Source of the DNA: Ylistrum balloti
Lineage: Eukaryota
Assembly (NCBI RefSeq): GCF_031769215.1
Contig: NW_026781877.1
Coordinates: forward strand, 744,001 to 808,000
DNA length: 64,000 bases
Direction: 5' to 3'
Shown piece by piece: positions 1 to 13,316 of this stretch. Below the pieces are notes generated by a model. That model searched no databases. It saw nothing but the letters and a program-made list of their open reading frames with translations, and had not been told where the DNA came from. Numbering within the stretch: position 1 is the first letter of the stretch; each line of letters starts with the position of its first letter. A program made the position numbers and the translations under genes.

Positions 1-1375
1 AAGTTCTTTCAATTGCAGTTTTGCCAGAAGATTAAATTGATTAGGTCTTCACGACTGGTGGGTTTAATAGCTATTTACACAATATATGCGTCTTATCGCG
101 TGATCTCCTACAAGATTAGCTGCACGTGACGGGTGTTGCGGGAGCACTGTACTATCGCGAGATCTGAGCGCGATCTCGCGGATCAGTGAAAGTAAGCTCA
201 TGCCGTAATACCAGGGTGAGTGACCCTGTCATGTAAATGAAAACAGGTGTTCCGGTGGACTAACTAGCGGCAGGCATATCGACAGAGTAACAAGCGCGTT
301 TGTCAATATCATTATAGGGAGTAATACAACTCCTTTACACCAACTCATCTTATATTTAGTATATTCTCTTCACCTTCTGTTGGTAGATTATTTTTTTTAC
401 GAAATATTTCAGATTACTGAAGATCATAATGTACATGCTCAGACTAAACACCGAAATATCGGATAAAGTTTAACTCTTGTGTGCTAATAGATCTACACCT
501 TGTGTAGAGATATAAAAAATAATTGATGTACTATGCTGTTCTAAAAGGAAAACCTTAATACATGATATGAATCAACGAACTATAGATTATGAAAAAGACA
601 TTTAGACGTAATAGTGAAATCGTTTCTATGAAAGCCTCGCGATCGTGTCAGACGCTGGGTATAAATAACATGATCGATGTTCTGATACAAAACAAATTGA
701 TGATAAATATTTCTGATGTATCTACTTACTTATATACCCACGGGTGCATTTATTCCGTGATTTAGCTACCGTGTCAGTCGGCGGTATAGACAAGAAGGCG
801 TGCATGACGTTCGACAGGGCCATTCATGTAAATTACGACTGGTCATCAATCTTGGCGGGGCGTACGTTTTGGTGTTAACCAATTTCATTCCGTCAAAAAG
901 ATATGTCAGTCACTGGTGAATTGTCAGCATAGTAACAGCCAGACGATCGTAGTTCCCGCGTAATTTGATTAACCGTCATTAGCCGTCATTGGCCCGTCAT
1001 TGTGTCTTACAAATCACTGTCTTAAGGCATCCGACGGCGATTTTATCCACACATTCACTTAACTTGGTGAGAGGGCTGTAGAGAAAAATGGTCACGTGAT
1101 AGGTCAGTTATGTAGAGACAAATGGTCAAATGAAATGTCAGTTGTGTAGAGACAAATTCGAATGACAAGAATGCATATACACTTTTGTCGTGTAACCGCT
1201 TTGTAGAAGTCGTTCTCGGACCCTTCGGCAGTCCAGCATATCGCTACACCAACGGAAAGGGCGAAAAGAAGGGAGGTAACTCTAGCGAAATCAGTATGAC
1301 AGACAACCCGCCCTGAAACAGTATTACGTTTGCCGTTTTTTGTCAAATGAAAACTTTTGGAGACATAATTCATAA

Positions 1376-1400
1376 TTCTTCTTCTTCTTCTTCTTCTTCT
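1376..1400. repeat. (CTT)n microsatellite
   Basis: About 8 consecutive CTT units; it produces the poly-Arg run in the spurious minus ORF 1104..1511. Confidence 0.9.
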
Positions 1401-2030
1401 TGGATAACGATTTTCATCACAACTGATGATTTTAGTCATGCTTCTTAGTAACAGGTGTGTACGACACCAGTCATAAGACAGAAGATAAACAATGCAATAT
1501 TTCGACTCCATATCTGATATAGAGTATAAGTTGCACAGTTTACCAAACTAGAGTTGACCGCTGTAGCCGCCTACGTACACACACAGGTATAATGAAAGTC
1601 CTACATTATTCATCACCTCCAGTTATGTCGTTGTAATATATCCCAACGTGCTCCATTATACAATATTTCTTGATGGAGTCATCCAATAACACCTTAATTG
1701 AGGAAATTATATATCACGTGTGAATATTATGTTTACGACCAAATCAAGTCCAGATCGATACACAATATCAGACGATCTAACGGCTCTATCGATAAATATG
1801 TCCAGTAAACACTGTTAGAGAGGAATATCAAGCATGAGAATTGCCACTGGCACCAAATTTGATCTTTTTAAAAAACCAATAAAAAGTGTTATCATAATGG
1901 TTCGGGGCGATTTTCTCGGTTGGCGTAAGACTATTGATTTGAGTTTACAGTCAATGTCAACCTCCAAGAACTCGTCACCAATTAATGTAATTCAGTGTTG
2001 TTTTACATATAGCATTTCAAATGACACAAA

Positions 2031-3192
2031 TTTATAGATCTGCCTCAGTTAATAGGTCTGTGTCATTTTATAGATCTGTATCAATTTATAAGTCTGTACC
2101 AGTTTTTAGATCTGTACCAGTTTATAGATCTGTACCAGTTTATAGATCTGTACCAGTGTCTGTATCAGTTTATAGGTCTGTATCAATTTATAAGTCTGTA
2201 CCAGTTTATAGACCTGTACCAGTTTATAGATCTGTACCAGTTTATAGGTCTGTACCAGTTTATAGATCTGTATCAGTTTAAAGATCTGTACCAGTTTAAA
2301 GATCTGTACCAGTTTATAGGTCTGTACTAGTTTATAGATCTGTACCAGTGTCTGTACCAGTTTATAGGTCTGTACCAGTTTATAGATCTGTACCAGTTTA
2401 TAGATCTGTATCAGTTCATAGGTCTGTACCAGTTTAAGGTCTGTACCAATTTATAGATCTGTACCAGTTTAAGGTCTGTACCAGTTTATAGATCTGTGCC
2501 AGTTTATAGGTCTGTACCAGTGTATAGGTCTGTACCAGTTTATAGATCTGTACCAGTTTATAGATCTGTATCAGTTTATAGGTCTGTACCAGTTTATAGG
2601 TCTGTACCAGTTTATAGATCTGTACCAGTGTCTGTACCAGTTTATAGATCTGTACCAGTTTATAGATCCGTATCAGTTTATAGATCTGTATCAGTTTATA
2701 GGTCTGTACCAGTTTATAGATCTGTACCAGTTTATAGATCTGTACCAGTTTATAGATCCGTATCAGTTTATAGATCTGTATCAGTTTATAGGTCTGTACC
2801 AGTTTATAGATCTGTATCAGTTTATAGATCTGTACCAGTTTAAGGTCTGTATCAGTTTATAGATCTGTACCAGTTTAAGGTCTGTACCAGTTTATAGGTC
2901 TGTACCAGTTTAAGGTCTGTATCAGTTTATAGATCTGTACCAGTTTAAGGTCTGTATCAGTTTATAGATCTGTACCAGTTTAAGGTCTGTATCAGTTTAT
3001 AGGTCTGTACCAGTTTAAAGTCTGTACCAGTTTATAGGTCTGTACCAGTTTATAGATCTGTACCAGTTTAAAGTCTATACCAGTTTATAGATCTGTACCA
3101 GTTTAAGGTCTTTACCAGTTTATAGGTCTGTACCAGTTTAAAGTCTGTACCAGTTTATAGATCTGTGCCAGTTTATAGGTCTGTACCAGTTA
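2031..3192. repeat. 18-bp minisatellite (TTTATAGATCTGTACCAG), ~64 copies, with 17-bp variants
   Basis: Directly visible tandem units. It explains the YRSVPV ORFs at 2021 and 2496. Confidence 0.97.
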
Positions 3193-6100
3193 AGTTTTTC
3201 TTCATGTCAAAACTAACGTTAGTTAAAAGTACCTCAACTACATTCGCATGGTGATATCTGAGCAGACGACCATTCTGCAGTGAGTTGGGAGGGGGAGTCA
3301 TTGATCCATCGCCCATGTAAAATGATAGTAAAACCCCGGCATGATATGATAGCGGGGTAAACAAGACGGATTTCTCCCCTGACGTCCATTTGGAACAATT
3401 ACTGTAATAGATAAATGAAAAGATCAAGATCATTTTGTAAGAATTCATTCTCGCAATGATTTATTCCTGATGGCAGGACGTACATCAATGATAGAGGAAA
3501 GGAATGGGGTCCTGGACGTTGCATTTTGCATAAAAAAAACCTCTAAACATCTCCGTTCTGTTTGTGACATGGCTTTGCTTCATGTCAGAACACATGCCAC
3601 ATCTTGGCACATATCTATATGACACACTGAAAACTTATACTAATGAAAATTAAAAGAAGTTTTAAATCGGCATTTTTTATATTAAATTCAACAGTATGCT
3701 GGTGGTCCCAATAACTCGATATGCGAGTGTTACATGCGTCAGTGATCGGCAACACTCCCAGATCGCGCGGCATTACAAAGCGGGGCACGCGATCCTGTCA
3801 AAACAGTCTAACCGTGTTTATAGCAAATTGCTGGGCTGACTTCCGATGATTAGGTCGACCGATCGTGTAAATAGCTCGTCAACTTTAAACATGTATTTAT
3901 ATAAACGGCACATGTATCTGTTCGCGCCATATATCCGCTCTTTAGCGCGTTTGTACTGACGGGACCTCTGGAATGCACCCCGTCACAGTTTAGCCTTGAA
4001 ATCCGAGGGAAGCTCGATCTACGGAAATGAAATGGGGGATAACTCAGTATGACCATCATTATAGGGAAATACAAAGTTTTAACGTGTAATGATATTAAGG
4101 GATATAAAAAATGTATATTGATTCAATACGTTTACTTCTTTTCAAAACATTATGTTACTCCTGTTTTCATTCGGACGGTATTTACACGAATATTGTCACA
4201 ACGCAGCCGTTGGTTCTAAATGTAAAAGGATAACAGATATATTATATATACTTAAAAGAACACAAGGCAGACTTATGAGTATTCGTCATACATCAGTCAA
4301 CGCGTTCAACTTGTCTCATCCTATATGTACATCACAATCTTGTCTGGATATTTCTATGTAATCCGTTTGCAATCTTGTCTACAATCATACATATTCACCC
4401 GCCGTTTCACTAAAAGCGTTTTTCTCTTGCTTGATTTTCATATTTCCTTTAAAATTCATAACCCTTGGGAAAAAAACTTATAAAGACCGGATCATTACAT
4501 TATGTTATATTAGTCGGTTATCCCGTCGTCCTCTCCTCAATACGGTAGCGACTACCTATCTTATCTTGTACACTCGGAATGGTGTTGAAGTTTAATTCGT
4601 TTGAAACACGAAATTTGCTCTATCTCCTTTAAGCAGGTCGATGCCAGTTTGTGTCTCGAACAGCTCTGCGTTCGGTTAAACTAAGCGCAGCAGGTACCGC
4701 TACAAAACGCTAACTTCCTGTTCTTAAAGGAAAACGAGAAAAAAAATTACAAGCGCGTGCTTTTCATATCTAGAGATAAAACTCGCCCAGCTTTTCCCGG
4801 GGCATGAGAGCGGTATTTCAATTAGGTTATTTTACTCCGATCCCGTCGTGCTGGGAAGGGGCACGAGCCAGCAAAAACACCAGAGTACAGGTAGCCTATA
4901 TATGTTCTTTGTGCGTGTCTTTCATTGTGATCCGTTTAATAGGGGACTTCATGAACGCAAGGCGATAACAATGACATTTACTCTGACCACCGAACCGTGA
5001 AGAAGACTAATGAAGCATGTCCTTTTTACTTCCCAAATCAGCATTACGCATTCCGTTCTGTTTTGACTTAATCCAGACGAAATGATATCTTGATAGTCGA
5101 AGATTTGTTGTACTCAAACCCATGCGGATGATTTAGACAAGCACCATACAAGTTAAACAGCGCTGGTAAGGTTAATCATTGTTTTGTATCCGATGAGAGT
5201 TTATGTTACCAAAACCATCACTGTTCCTTGTCTGGGCTGCACACATGCACGACATATGTTGGGTTCGATGATAGCCACACGATTAGCCAGTGCGGTTGAT
5301 ATTGCTGGATGGAAACAGTGGCTGGCTGTTGGCCATCATCCTCTATATATATTAAACCATCTTAACTTATATAATTAGCTATACTAACTGCATCAGGTGG
5401 AGAAAATGGCATGGGAATGTCTACAGACGAGACACAGCCATTGTTACTCAGGGTAACTTGTATGGTTTCCAATAGTTTCTGTCACTTATAACAAACTACA
5501 TTGAGAGAAAAGTGATATATGTTCAGACTGTTTCGACCCCCTGTAAAGTTTTTCGATTTCAAAATTTACGTCTGTTACCTTTATCGCTACATGGAGGTTG
5601 GCAGATGGTTTGTACCAGCAATGTGTCGTGTAACTCTGGGTTTGGCGCGCGCCACCGGGGCAAACGTACATGGAGATATCAAACACATGTTGATTGATAA
5701 GGATCACGTGTAATGTTGTGTAAATAGCGGGAGGGATGCACTCACATCCATATATACGTTCTTTCGACTATACATGTATCAAAGACGCAATCCATTTTGT
5801 AGATAGACGAGTTGAAGACAAACACAGCACACAACTCGGACACCAGTGGTGCTAGATTACGTTAGTGAGGACGACATGTGTTAATATGTACATGTTAATA
5901 TATACTTAGTTAGGGGGACATGTGTCGATATACTTACTTAGAACGACACGTATCAACATGTACGTGTTAATATATAATGAATTATAATTCTCAGACAACA
6001 CAGGTTCATTTTCAAACTCACTTTCTTTTTATCAGAAGTAAGAATAACCAGCTCCAGACTTATATATATTTCAAACTCTCATCCCGATTTATCAACGTGT

Positions 6101-9100
6101 TCCAAAGGTTTTTATGACCCCGCCCCCTCTACAAAGTCAACCTCCTTAGACTATGATTCATGTCTAATATTTAATTCAAGCAGGAAGGACGACATTCTGA
6201 ACGATGATAAGTCCAAACAGCTGGTCCAGTCGACACGGTTCGAACTTGTGACGAACAACTGCATGGCCATGTTTACTCATACGTGCAGCATTTATCTAAA
6301 TGGTTGATAAATTACCAGGAAAACACAAATGTTTCAAGAATACAGCGATAAACGATCGACATGGACAGACGGAAAATCACATGCTATAAACCAAATGGAC
6401 AGGCGGAAATGGGCAGAGAAGGAAAACACGGCGAGTTTACGCTGTCATGGGGCCGAAAAAAGATACTATGAAGAAAACGAAAAAATGCCAAAGGGAGAGG
6501 CCAGATTCAAGAAGATGAAAAAACAGAATAGAGAGAGGAAAGAGACATGGAAGAGAGGGACGAGACTTAGATGTAGGGACAAGAAAAAGAGGAAGAGCAA
6601 GATTTGAAAATGAGAGACGAGACGTGATGGGCGGAAACAGACAGCCGGACGATATACGGTAGCGAGGGACGAGACTTAAATGTGCGGGACGATTAAACAA
6701 AGAGGAATAAGGAGACTTTGAAGCGAGAGGTGGTAACAAGAGAAAAAGATCAAGACAGAAAAGCGAGGGACGAGACTTTTAAGTTAGGACGAGACCAAAA
6801 GGAGATGAACGACAACTACCGTTGAGAGACCTTAACATGGGAAGAGTAACGTGACTTACAGCTGAGGAACGAGAAAATGAAAAGAGGAGAAGGACGAGAC
6901 TTGTAGGAGTCTGTGAGGAATCTGTGACACAGTATTGTGTAATAAATGTCGAGATAATTACCGATACACACACGTGGCAGTGACATTGATTAAAGTAAGG
7001 CGCCTGACCGTATTACATCGTGTACCTTTATTTCAAGTCATAAATTTGTTTCACGAGTGGAACACATATGTATGGCTGCTAATGAATTCAGCTACCACGC
7101 TGTGATTACTAGCACCAGATCAGTAATCTTATGACACGTACTGGCACTGTATTGAAAGACAACTGTGGTAGAGATTGACAAATTAGAGGAACTGTTGATA
7201 TCACGAAATATTTCTAGTCAGAAGCTGTGACACCGTTTGTCTATTGTTTTGAATTTTCCCACAAAGTGGGTCTTGAATTGTCTCAGAACAAATATTTGAC
7301 CAAAATTATTATTTCTGAAACCGTATTGTTTAATATCGTACGACATTACAATCAGGAATTGAAGTTCGTGACGAAATCTTGTCGAGTAAACGCCATCAGT
7401 CATGTAAAAACCGTAATTATACATGATACATCATATGAGAATTGGTCCAACTTTCGGTAACTTTAGTCATGTGTAAAGTTCCTGTAAGGTCACGCGGAGA
7501 GATCGTGGAAGTTTTCGTCCTTGTGAACGTCGACAAAGTGACCGCGTCTAGTTCTATTGGATACTGAGAACCTATATGTTTAAGCCTATATAGTTCTACA
7601 GCTAAAGGATAGTGGATAGTGACAGGAGATGGTGTTTTTCTAAGAGGTAGTGACTATTGATCATTTAGCCAGTGGATACGTTTCTGGACATGTCTTAGAT
7701 TAAGTCATTATTGAAGCGAACATTAATTCTGTATTTTAGTGGATACTGGGAGTGTGACGCCATTTGTCCGTGTTAGAGAATATCCCGGGAAAGGATATCA
7801 CGGAACTAAAACGGAAGATACTCGTGGGAACACTGTACAGAACTATAAAACGGTGCCAGTGAACGGTTGAATGATATTCGGAACGATACAACATCTACAA
7901 CACAAGTCGTCCGTATTGGTGCATGATCAATGAGGGAACACTAAATGGCTGCACGTGTAAAACCACAGTAGTGGAACGTATACTAAAGCGTGTAATTTGC
8001 CCCACTGTTTGGACGTAACTGTGTTCAATATAACCTATAAAACAAGTCGTTCGTTACCTGTGAAGTTGCTATCATGACGGCCCACGTGATTTATGCCCAA
8101 GACTAGGACTAGTTTATGATAATATAATTGACTAATTTCTCACGTTTTCATTAAATATGGACGCCCTCTGCCCAAAGAGTGAGGTAAGTGGAATGGGGGA
8201 TCTCTTCACGAAAGTACACCCCGTGGTTAGATAGTGATCACTGGCTTTCCCACTCCCCTAAACAGATGGGTGTAGATAATGGTAAGGTGCGTGTTTGTCG
8301 GAGACAGGCATTCCTATCAGAAGCTTTTCGTCCACTCTAATTAATCTCATACTTCACACCTGGCTTCACGTATAGTAGGATTAAAAGAAGACTGGCCTGG
8401 ATGATCGACATGGGGGAAAAGGGACATCACGGGTTCGGTATAGACAATACCCATAATACCACTTAACGATTTAATAACAATTCTGTAAACTCCAACTGGA
8501 CGATACATAGGAAACGTTTCAGTACCAAACTTCCGATAGATTTAAAGAATAAACTGACCCTTACTCTGAAAAGGTACATTTTTAACAGATCGTCTAGACT
8601 ATACTATCTCAGCGTCTCGTTATCTTTATGAAGTGCCATAAATAGCATTCGGAGGTGATTACCTTTTAGTGTCGTTCACATCATCAACAATCTTAAACTC
8701 TAGATATTTGTATTCATTCTTCAGATATAAAAGGAATATTTTCATATTTTTCTTTCGTACGTTCCATAATCAATGTTTATGGCGAGGGGAAAGTTAATGT
8801 CTCAACGACATGTCAGGTTCTGTTATATATCAGAACAGACGCGGGGTGGAGTGACTATATCACATAAATATGTCTGAATGAGTGAAAGGAATTGATCTAG
8901 ACAAGTTATACAATCAGACTTTCCATCTGACGCCTCGCAACAATTCGGTAATCTCTTCCGGTGATCCTCACGAATATCATACATGACCCGTGCCAAGATT
9001 TGCGGACAGCGCCACATTGCGGATATTGACTGACTATTATGACAGATTTGTTGTAAAATACGCCGATAGGTGGCGCTAACCCACCATCATGTTTTATGTC

Positions 9101-12099
9101 TGAAACTAATTTCCAGTTTAATATGTTTCCAAAGTATGTCAATACAATATGATACAACCAGTAATGAATGGTGTTAGCTCTTTACCACCAGGAACAAATG
9201 ACTTGCCAGTATCCGTAGTTAACAGACTGTGTGTTTTGTTATACTGCTTCAACTAGTCGCCTGGTTTACTCGTTGTGTTAAACGTTTCAGCAAATTGATG
9301 TATATTGCTAATGTTAGACTGATCTTTCGCGGAAAAGCGATTGGAGCAAGGCACTAATTCTATATCCATCATACACCAAATCTACTAGTATTTCTAAATA
9401 GCATCCTTTATGCCATTATTTTGTAGAAGCTGTCTGTTCCCATTACTACCAACGTCTCGTTCAGCTTTGTCCGGAGGAAGTAAGACACAATTACATTGAT
9501 GCCAAAACATCCAGAACAGTAGGCTTTCCAGTATTCAGATTTCTATACTTTTATGTTTTATGGTAATATTTAACGCCATGGCCTGACTTTCTATGGAACA
9601 AACCCGTAGCTCGGCAATACATTGTTGTTTGTAATTTACTGGCCACAGTTCTTTTGCTTGATGAGATACTTCAAAATCTTTACTCGATGTGACGATATTG
9701 AATATCAATGATTTTAATTAAGCCCTGTTCCTCTGATCTGCGTGTGCTCAATCAAGGTCAACAGTGGATTTGGCAACTACTCAAGCGCACGCTGATTTGA
9801 TTTCAAGATGGTAACTGACGTAAACAATAAGCTTAGTTTCAAACATATTACTGCCGCATGCACGAAGGGCAAGACTTTGACTGACGCCGTTAACGTGCTT
9901 GCATTTATGTGTTACCGGAAGGTGCAAATGACCCCTACCTGCGCATGTTTGCAGGTATACCCGACCTGATTGATAGGTAGTGTGCTACTCTGATTATATG
10001 TTAAAGCGGCCACAACAACATAAACTATCCCAACCATCTTAATTTTCCTATTTGAGATCGATGGAAAGACGTTTTGTGACTATATCGGGCGGTTTTATTG
10101 CCAGCTAAATTACAGCGTTCGTATCCTGTTATCCAATACAGAGAATACCAAAGGAGACTAAACTACATGCCTCGCAGTCTGTGGACAGGACCGGAGAAGC
10201 AGACGACACCAATTGTTTAATGACAGGGGGTTGACAGTTGGAAATGAGCAATGAACGTCTGTATTAATGGGAGTGTATGCAGATATAGCATTCAATTATC
10301 GACAGTTACAAGAGTCAGGTAAATCGATATGAAGGTCTGGGAAGGTTTCAATCCACGCCAACAAATCGATCGACAAGAAAGAGACCGGGTAGACGGAAAT
10401 GTCAAGGGTTAGAAGATCTGAGAATATTTTGACAGAAAGCGAGGTAGGGGAGAGATACTCCCCTAGTCACATGACCCTTCCGTAAAAAGTAACAGGAGGG
10501 TTATGTAGCCAATGGTTAGGACAGATAAATTATGGATTATGTAAGTCAATGCATGAGACAGTTCAGTTATATGATGATGTAAGCCAGTGGTTGTGACAGA
10601 TAAATTTTAGGATTATGTAAGCCAATGCTTAAGGCATAAGAATCTCGAGTTTTTCCAAAGTTGAGAGACAGTTGTTTTGGCTTAGACATTTAGAACTGGT
10701 TTTTTTTCACCACCTTTGTCAATGTGTAGGTCATGTTTTTCTATTTCCCCGGGTGTGCGACAATTCCTTTGTATTAAATCTTTGTCGCGCGCTAATGAAT
10801 CATTTCGTTTTTATATGGAGTGTATAACGTCAGAATGCGGCGCCTTTTTCTGTCATTGGATAGGACTAAATATATATACTGTCAATGTTGGATAGGACTA
10901 ATATCACAGGATTTAGGCCTCGCACTTAGATAAAACACAAAAATAACCACAAGCCAATTGATTGGTATGTAACACGGCGAACGTATTAACATGTTAGGTA
11001 AGGCCCGCGTTCTTGATTTATTTGGCGATATCATGAGTCAATACGACTCTAATTTCGTCGGAATTGACGCTAACCGGAAGTCAATGGAGACACGTGACAA
11101 ATGGCGACGGCATAAGTATGTACTGTAATGACCGATGCTGTATTTTGCATGTTGCCATTTTGATCACGTTATCGATGTTTGGAGGGGTAATGACGGTTCT
11201 CTGTATCGAGTTCATGTGTGAAATATTCACGCATCTCATCGAATATGGCTTCGAACAGGTGTCAAATGTGTTCGTCATCGCATTATAATTAGGGTGTTTA
11301 ATGGACAAATGAAATCTGTGCAAACAATATTTACAGAATAACCACTGTAGCTTTGCATTAACGTATATGTTGTCTTAATTATTTTCCTAGACACGAAATA
11401 ATCTGATTTTACGAGGCATAACATATTGTTGTGTCCATGGGGGATGACCGAATAGACTAGGCAATATTTTGTGTGACAAGTTCATGACTGGAGAGGGTTC
11501 ATGAATCTGGACTGTAACACTTCCCGACAGATGTACACATAAGTGTGTCAGTAAGAATGACATCTCTCCAACATCACTGGTCTCCATCTTCACCATCGGC
11601 TACTGCTGTGAGCTGCACGTCTGCCTTGTCATATGCTGATAAGTGATGTAGGTAATATGGTCTGTATACATGTACAATTTACCGACAAGACGTGTACATT
11701 TTGTATTCTGACTACATCCATCTGTGCTGAGGGTTCAGAACGTGAGCACTCTCTTTATCTACCTGTGCTGTTGTAAGTAGTATCGAAACAGAAAAGATAA
11801 GGCGGTTAAACAGACTATCACAAATTATAATTATGATTAGCCTTGTCTGGGAATATATCTTTATGTAGACTGTAACTTTCTTTACGCTATTGTCGTAGTG
11901 TTACACCTATACATCAACTGGCGACCCATTCAGATGCTGTACCTTACTCGTTATTGGTCACCGGTCAAATGGGTCCAGGATGTTGGACATTTTAAAAGTA
12001 TTTTGATATATATATAAACTGATTAATTTTGTGCCAAACAAGTTGTATCAACTTAAATAAATTACTCGTAGTCGGTCAAGTGACCAATTACTGGTAACG

Positions 12100-12167
12100 C
12101 CTTTCCAGGGAATCGAACCCCGGATGCCCAGGCGGAAGGCAAATACGTTGCCACTGTGCTAACCATC
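12100..12167 (-). mobile_element. tRNA-derived SINE head or tRNA pseudogene fragment
   Basis: The minus strand reads GGTTAGCACAGTGG (A-box-like) ... CCGGGGTTCGATTCCCTGG (B-box/T-loop). No complete cloverleaf could be built. Confidence 0.55.
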
Positions 12168-12420
12168 ACAATTCGATAGACGTTCTTTTTTTAAAATCGT
12201 TATACGCGCAGTATAAACAACGGAATATGCCCGAACAAACGTATGACTAGATAACGACTGACTGGTAGTGTTCAATTGCTACTTAGTGCTTCAAAAAGTC
12301 AACCTTATTTATAGTTTCAACGGAAGGGAATTAATGCGCGTCCGGATCAGCATCCGGTCTAGCAATAATTACCATACCTAGCAACATTTTGTATCGATTT
12401 ATCACAAGAACATAAGTACA

Positions 12421-13316
12421 CAGACCAACATATACAGGTGAAAATACAGATGAGAGATGACGGACTGACCTACAGATACAGGTGAGAAATGATGGACTGA
12501 CCTACAGATACAGGTGAGAGATGACGAACTGACCTACAGATACAGGTTAGAGATGACGGACTGACCTATAGATACTGGTAAGAGATGAGGGACTGACCTA
12601 CAGATACAGGTTAGAGATGACTGACTGGCTTACATATAAAGGTTAGAGATGAGGGACTGATCTACAGAAATAGGTTAGAGATGACTGACTGACCTACAGA
12701 TACAGGTGAGAGATGACGGACTGACCTACAGATACAGGTGAGAGATGAGGGACTGACCTACAGATACAGGTGAGAGTAACGGACTGACCTACAGATACAG
12801 GTGAGAGATGACGGACTGACCTACAGATACAGGTGAGAGATGGCGGACTGACTCACAGATATAGGTGAGAGATGGCGGACTGACCTATAGATACAGGTGA
12901 GAGATGAGGGACTGACCTACAGATACAGGTCAGAGATGAGGGACTGACCTACAGATACAGGTGAGAGATGAGGGACTGACCTACAGATACAGGTGAGAGA
13001 TGAGGGACTGACCTACAGATACAGGTGAGAGATGAGGGACTGACCTACAGATACAGGTGAGAGATGAGGGACTGACCTACAGATACAGGTGAGAGATGAC
13101 GGACTGACCTACAGATACAGGTGAGAGATGTGGGACTGACCTACAGATACAGGTGAGAGATGTGGGACTGACCTACAGATACAGGTGAGAGATGTGGGAC
13201 TGACCTACAGATACAGGTGAGAGATGACGGACTGACCTACAGATACAGGTGAGAGATGTGGGACTGACCTACAGATACAGGTGAGAGATGAGGAACTGAC
13301 TCACAGATACAAGTCA
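12421..13316. repeat. 32-bp minisatellite (ACAGATACAGGTGAGAGATGASGGACTGACCT), ~28 copies
   Basis: Period 32 checked (GTGAGAGATG at 12961 and 12993). Confidence 0.97.

Noticed and set aside
1104-1511. 135-aa minus-strand ORF with poly-Arg, on the AC strand
   Set aside because: The Arg run comes from the CTT microsatellite. It has no similarity to the expected next AC exon (LxxNxxxF...RxxFLxTR).
2021-2843. YRSVPV repeat ORFs
   Set aside because: Translation of the 18-bp minisatellite.
10445-10466. TAGGGGAG/CTCCCCTA hairpin ending in CTAG (Helitron 3' end?)
   Set aside because: The CTAG overlaps the stem instead of lying ~10 nt downstream, and no 5' TC end was identified.
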